A stretch of 64,000 bases of DNA from Verrucomicrobiaceae bacterium. GTDB lineage: Bacteria > Verrucomicrobiota > Verrucomicrobiia > Chthoniobacterales > JAATET01. Positions 62,592 to 64,000 of the stretch are shown here, piece by piece; position 1 is the stretch's first letter, and each line of letters starts with the position of its first letter. A program made the translations under genes and the position numbers. Location of the stretch: positions 702-64,701 of the forward strand of contig JAIYAZ010000003.1 in the NCBI GenBank assembly GCA_027488755.1. Reading direction: 5' to 3'. Below the pieces are notes generated by a model. The model made no database searches. It saw nothing but the letters and a program-made list of their open reading frames with translations, and was not told the DNA's origin.

Positions 62592-63815
62592 ATGAAACTT
62601 CGCCATCCCTATCAGACCATCCCATCCCTCGTCGTCTGTTCCGCTTTCTTGATTCTTGCGGGATGTGACGCCCCTCGCCCAATCCCGGCGGCAGACGCTA
62701 CCTCTTCGCCTTCGCCTTCGCCCACCCTCGGCCTCAGCGTGCAGGACGGGAAATTTTTCCTTCAGGGCCGCCCCTACCGGGGGGTGGGAGTCAACTACTA
62801 CGACCTTTTTACGCGCCTATCGGCCAAGCCGGGCGACCTCACGACCCTTGAGAATCTCGCGACCATCGCACGGGCGGGCGTTCCGTTCGCCCGCTTTAAC
62901 GCCGCTGGATTCACCACCCGCGACTGGGAAAACTACCTGGCTGATCCCAACGCGCATTTCGCAACCATGGACCGCGTCGTTCGCGCCGCCGAGCAGGCGG
63001 GCATCGGATTGATTCCTTCGTTGTTTTGGACTTCGAATCTCTGCAAGGCCGTCGGCGAGCGCAAAGAGGCATGGGGCGATCCCAAAAGCCGCACCTTTGC
63101 CGCGATGCAGGCCTACACCAAGGCAATGGTTGCGCGTTATATTGACTCACCCGCGATCTGGGCCTGGGAATTCGGCAACGAATGGAACCTCAACGCGGAT
63201 CTCCCCAACGCCAAAGACCAAAGAAAACCGGGTGAGGACGAACGAGACGACCTAAAGAACACCCAGCTTTCCGTCGCCCTTGACGGTTTTGCGTCCGCGG
63301 TTCGAGCCCTCGATCCGCGACGCCCAATCATGACCGGGCACTCCCATCCCCGAGCCGCTGCCTGGCACAACACGCACGAAAAGTCGTGGAAACCAGATTC
63401 CTACGAACAGTGGCAAGAGGTTCTCTCCGTCGAAAATCCCGCCGCTTTCGACACGGTCGGGATTCACATTTACGCGGACACCGAGGCAAACGAAGCGTGC
63501 GGAAAATGGACAAGTGGTTGGCCCGATTATCTATCCCGGCTTAAGTCCTACGCGGCCGCCACCAAACGCCCTCTATTCATCGGGGAATTCGGATTGGCCG
63601 AGGGCGGGAAGTTTTCGCCGGAGCAGGTTAAGGTCCGGTTTCGCGACATTCTCACCGCCATGAATGCGAACGGGACCGATCTCGCCGCTGTCTGGGTCTT
63701 TGATCTCCCCAGCCAGTCGAAGGACTGGAGCATCACCTTCACGAATGCCCGCGCTTACATGCTGGAGGATGTGATTGCGGCAAACCGCCAGTGGCAGGCA
63801 GCGCCGGCAGAGTAA
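62592..63815 (+). CDS. GH5 (clan GH-A) lipoprotein, beta-mannanase/cellulase-like
   Basis: 407 aa with lipobox FLILAGC. Acid/base motif WEFGNEWN and nucleophile motif LFIGEFGL. Confidence 0.75.
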   Translation: MKLRHPYQTIPSLVVCSAFLILAGCDAPRPIPAADATSSPSPSPTLGLSVQDGKFFLQGRPYRGVGVNYYDLFTRLSAKPGDLTTLENLATIARAGVPFARFNAAGFTTRDWENYLADPNAHFATMDRVVRAAEQAGIGLIPSLFWTSNLCKAVGERKEAWGDPKSRTFAAMQAYTKAMVARYIDSPAIWAWEFGNEWNLNADLPNAKDQRKPGEDERDDLKNTQLSVALDGFASAVRALDPRRPIMTGHSHPRAAAWHNTHEKSWKPDSYEQWQEVLSVENPAAFDTVGIHIYADTEANEACGKWTSGWPDYLSRLKSYAAATKRPLFIGEFGLAEGGKFSPEQVKVRFRDILTAMNANGTDLAAVWVFDLPSQSKDWSITFTNARAYMLEDVIAANRQWQAAPAE

Positions 63816-63852
63816 GCCTCGGTAGCCGACTTAAACCCGCGGGGACCTTGGA

Positions 63853-64000
63853 CTATTCCGGAACAATGAGATAAAGGTCCCCGCCGTTTTTCCGCAGGGA
63901 CATTTCCGTTTTGTCGATGCGCTCGCTGCCTCGAATCTCGGTAAGATCCGGCATTGATCCTTCAATGGTCTTGGCCCGGACAAGGAGATATTCCCCCTTC
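63853..64000 (-). CDS. C-terminal end of an unidentified ORF entering from the right edge
   Basis: The rc of 64000-63853 reads KGEYLLVRAKTIEGSMPDLTEIRGSERIDKTEMSLRKNGGDLYLIVPE-stop (TAG at 63853-63855). Too short to assign. Confidence 0.3.
   Translation of the reverse strand, partial: KGEYLLVRAKTIEGSMPDLTEIRGSERIDKTEMSLRKNGGDLYLIVPE

Noticed and set aside
1-64000. Search for tRNA, rRNA, transposase, integrase, phage or known defence genes
   Set aside because: I recognised none by eye. No cloverleaf-like segments appear in the few non-coding stretches, and no DDE, tyrosine-recombinase, Cas or restriction-modification motifs appear in any credible ORF. A tRNAscan/Infernal run would be needed to be definitive.

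Overview
High-GC bacterial chromosomal segment (about 65% by eye, dropping visibly after ~57 kb). The gene content fits a Verrucomicrobiota (Opitutaceae-like) genome: autotransporter-associated beta-strand repeat proteins, a PEP-CTERM protein and many prepilin-type N-termini. The window is a large LacI-controlled hemicellulose-utilisation region. (1) A minus-strand operon (1-14402) encodes three giant secreted proteins: a BNR/GH74-like propeller with FN3 repeats, a 1681-aa Calx-beta/alpha-beta-hydrolase protein, and a 1973-aa SGNH-esterase/beta-strand-repeat protein. (2) A plus-strand block carries a GH94 phosphorylase, an SGNH esterase, a GHL6-like hydrolase and araB. (3) An orphan gspHIJK-like pseudopilin operon contains a 1027-aa K-like protein. 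(4) A cytoplasmic GH2 sits divergent from an MFS transporter and a membrane protein. (5) A two-gene module (small CBM-like secreted protein plus a ~1400-aa GH2-like protein) is present twice in inverted orientation. In both copies the canonical acid/base Glu of the GH2 NE motif is replaced. Between the copies lie a repeat-bounded islet with two toxin-antitoxin-like pairs, a PEP-CTERM protein and a LacI gene. (6) The remainder carries a second BNR/GH74-like paralog, an ABC exporter, araA-araD, three tandem LacI genes, and a GH130 phosphorylase and GH5 lipoprotein in a lower-GC stretch. A 14-bp palindrome (GTAAACGCGTTTAC family) recurs in front of most transcription units. No rRNA, tRNA, CRISPR array, transposase or integrase was recognised. 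All family calls come from motif recognition by eye and none has been checked against a database.
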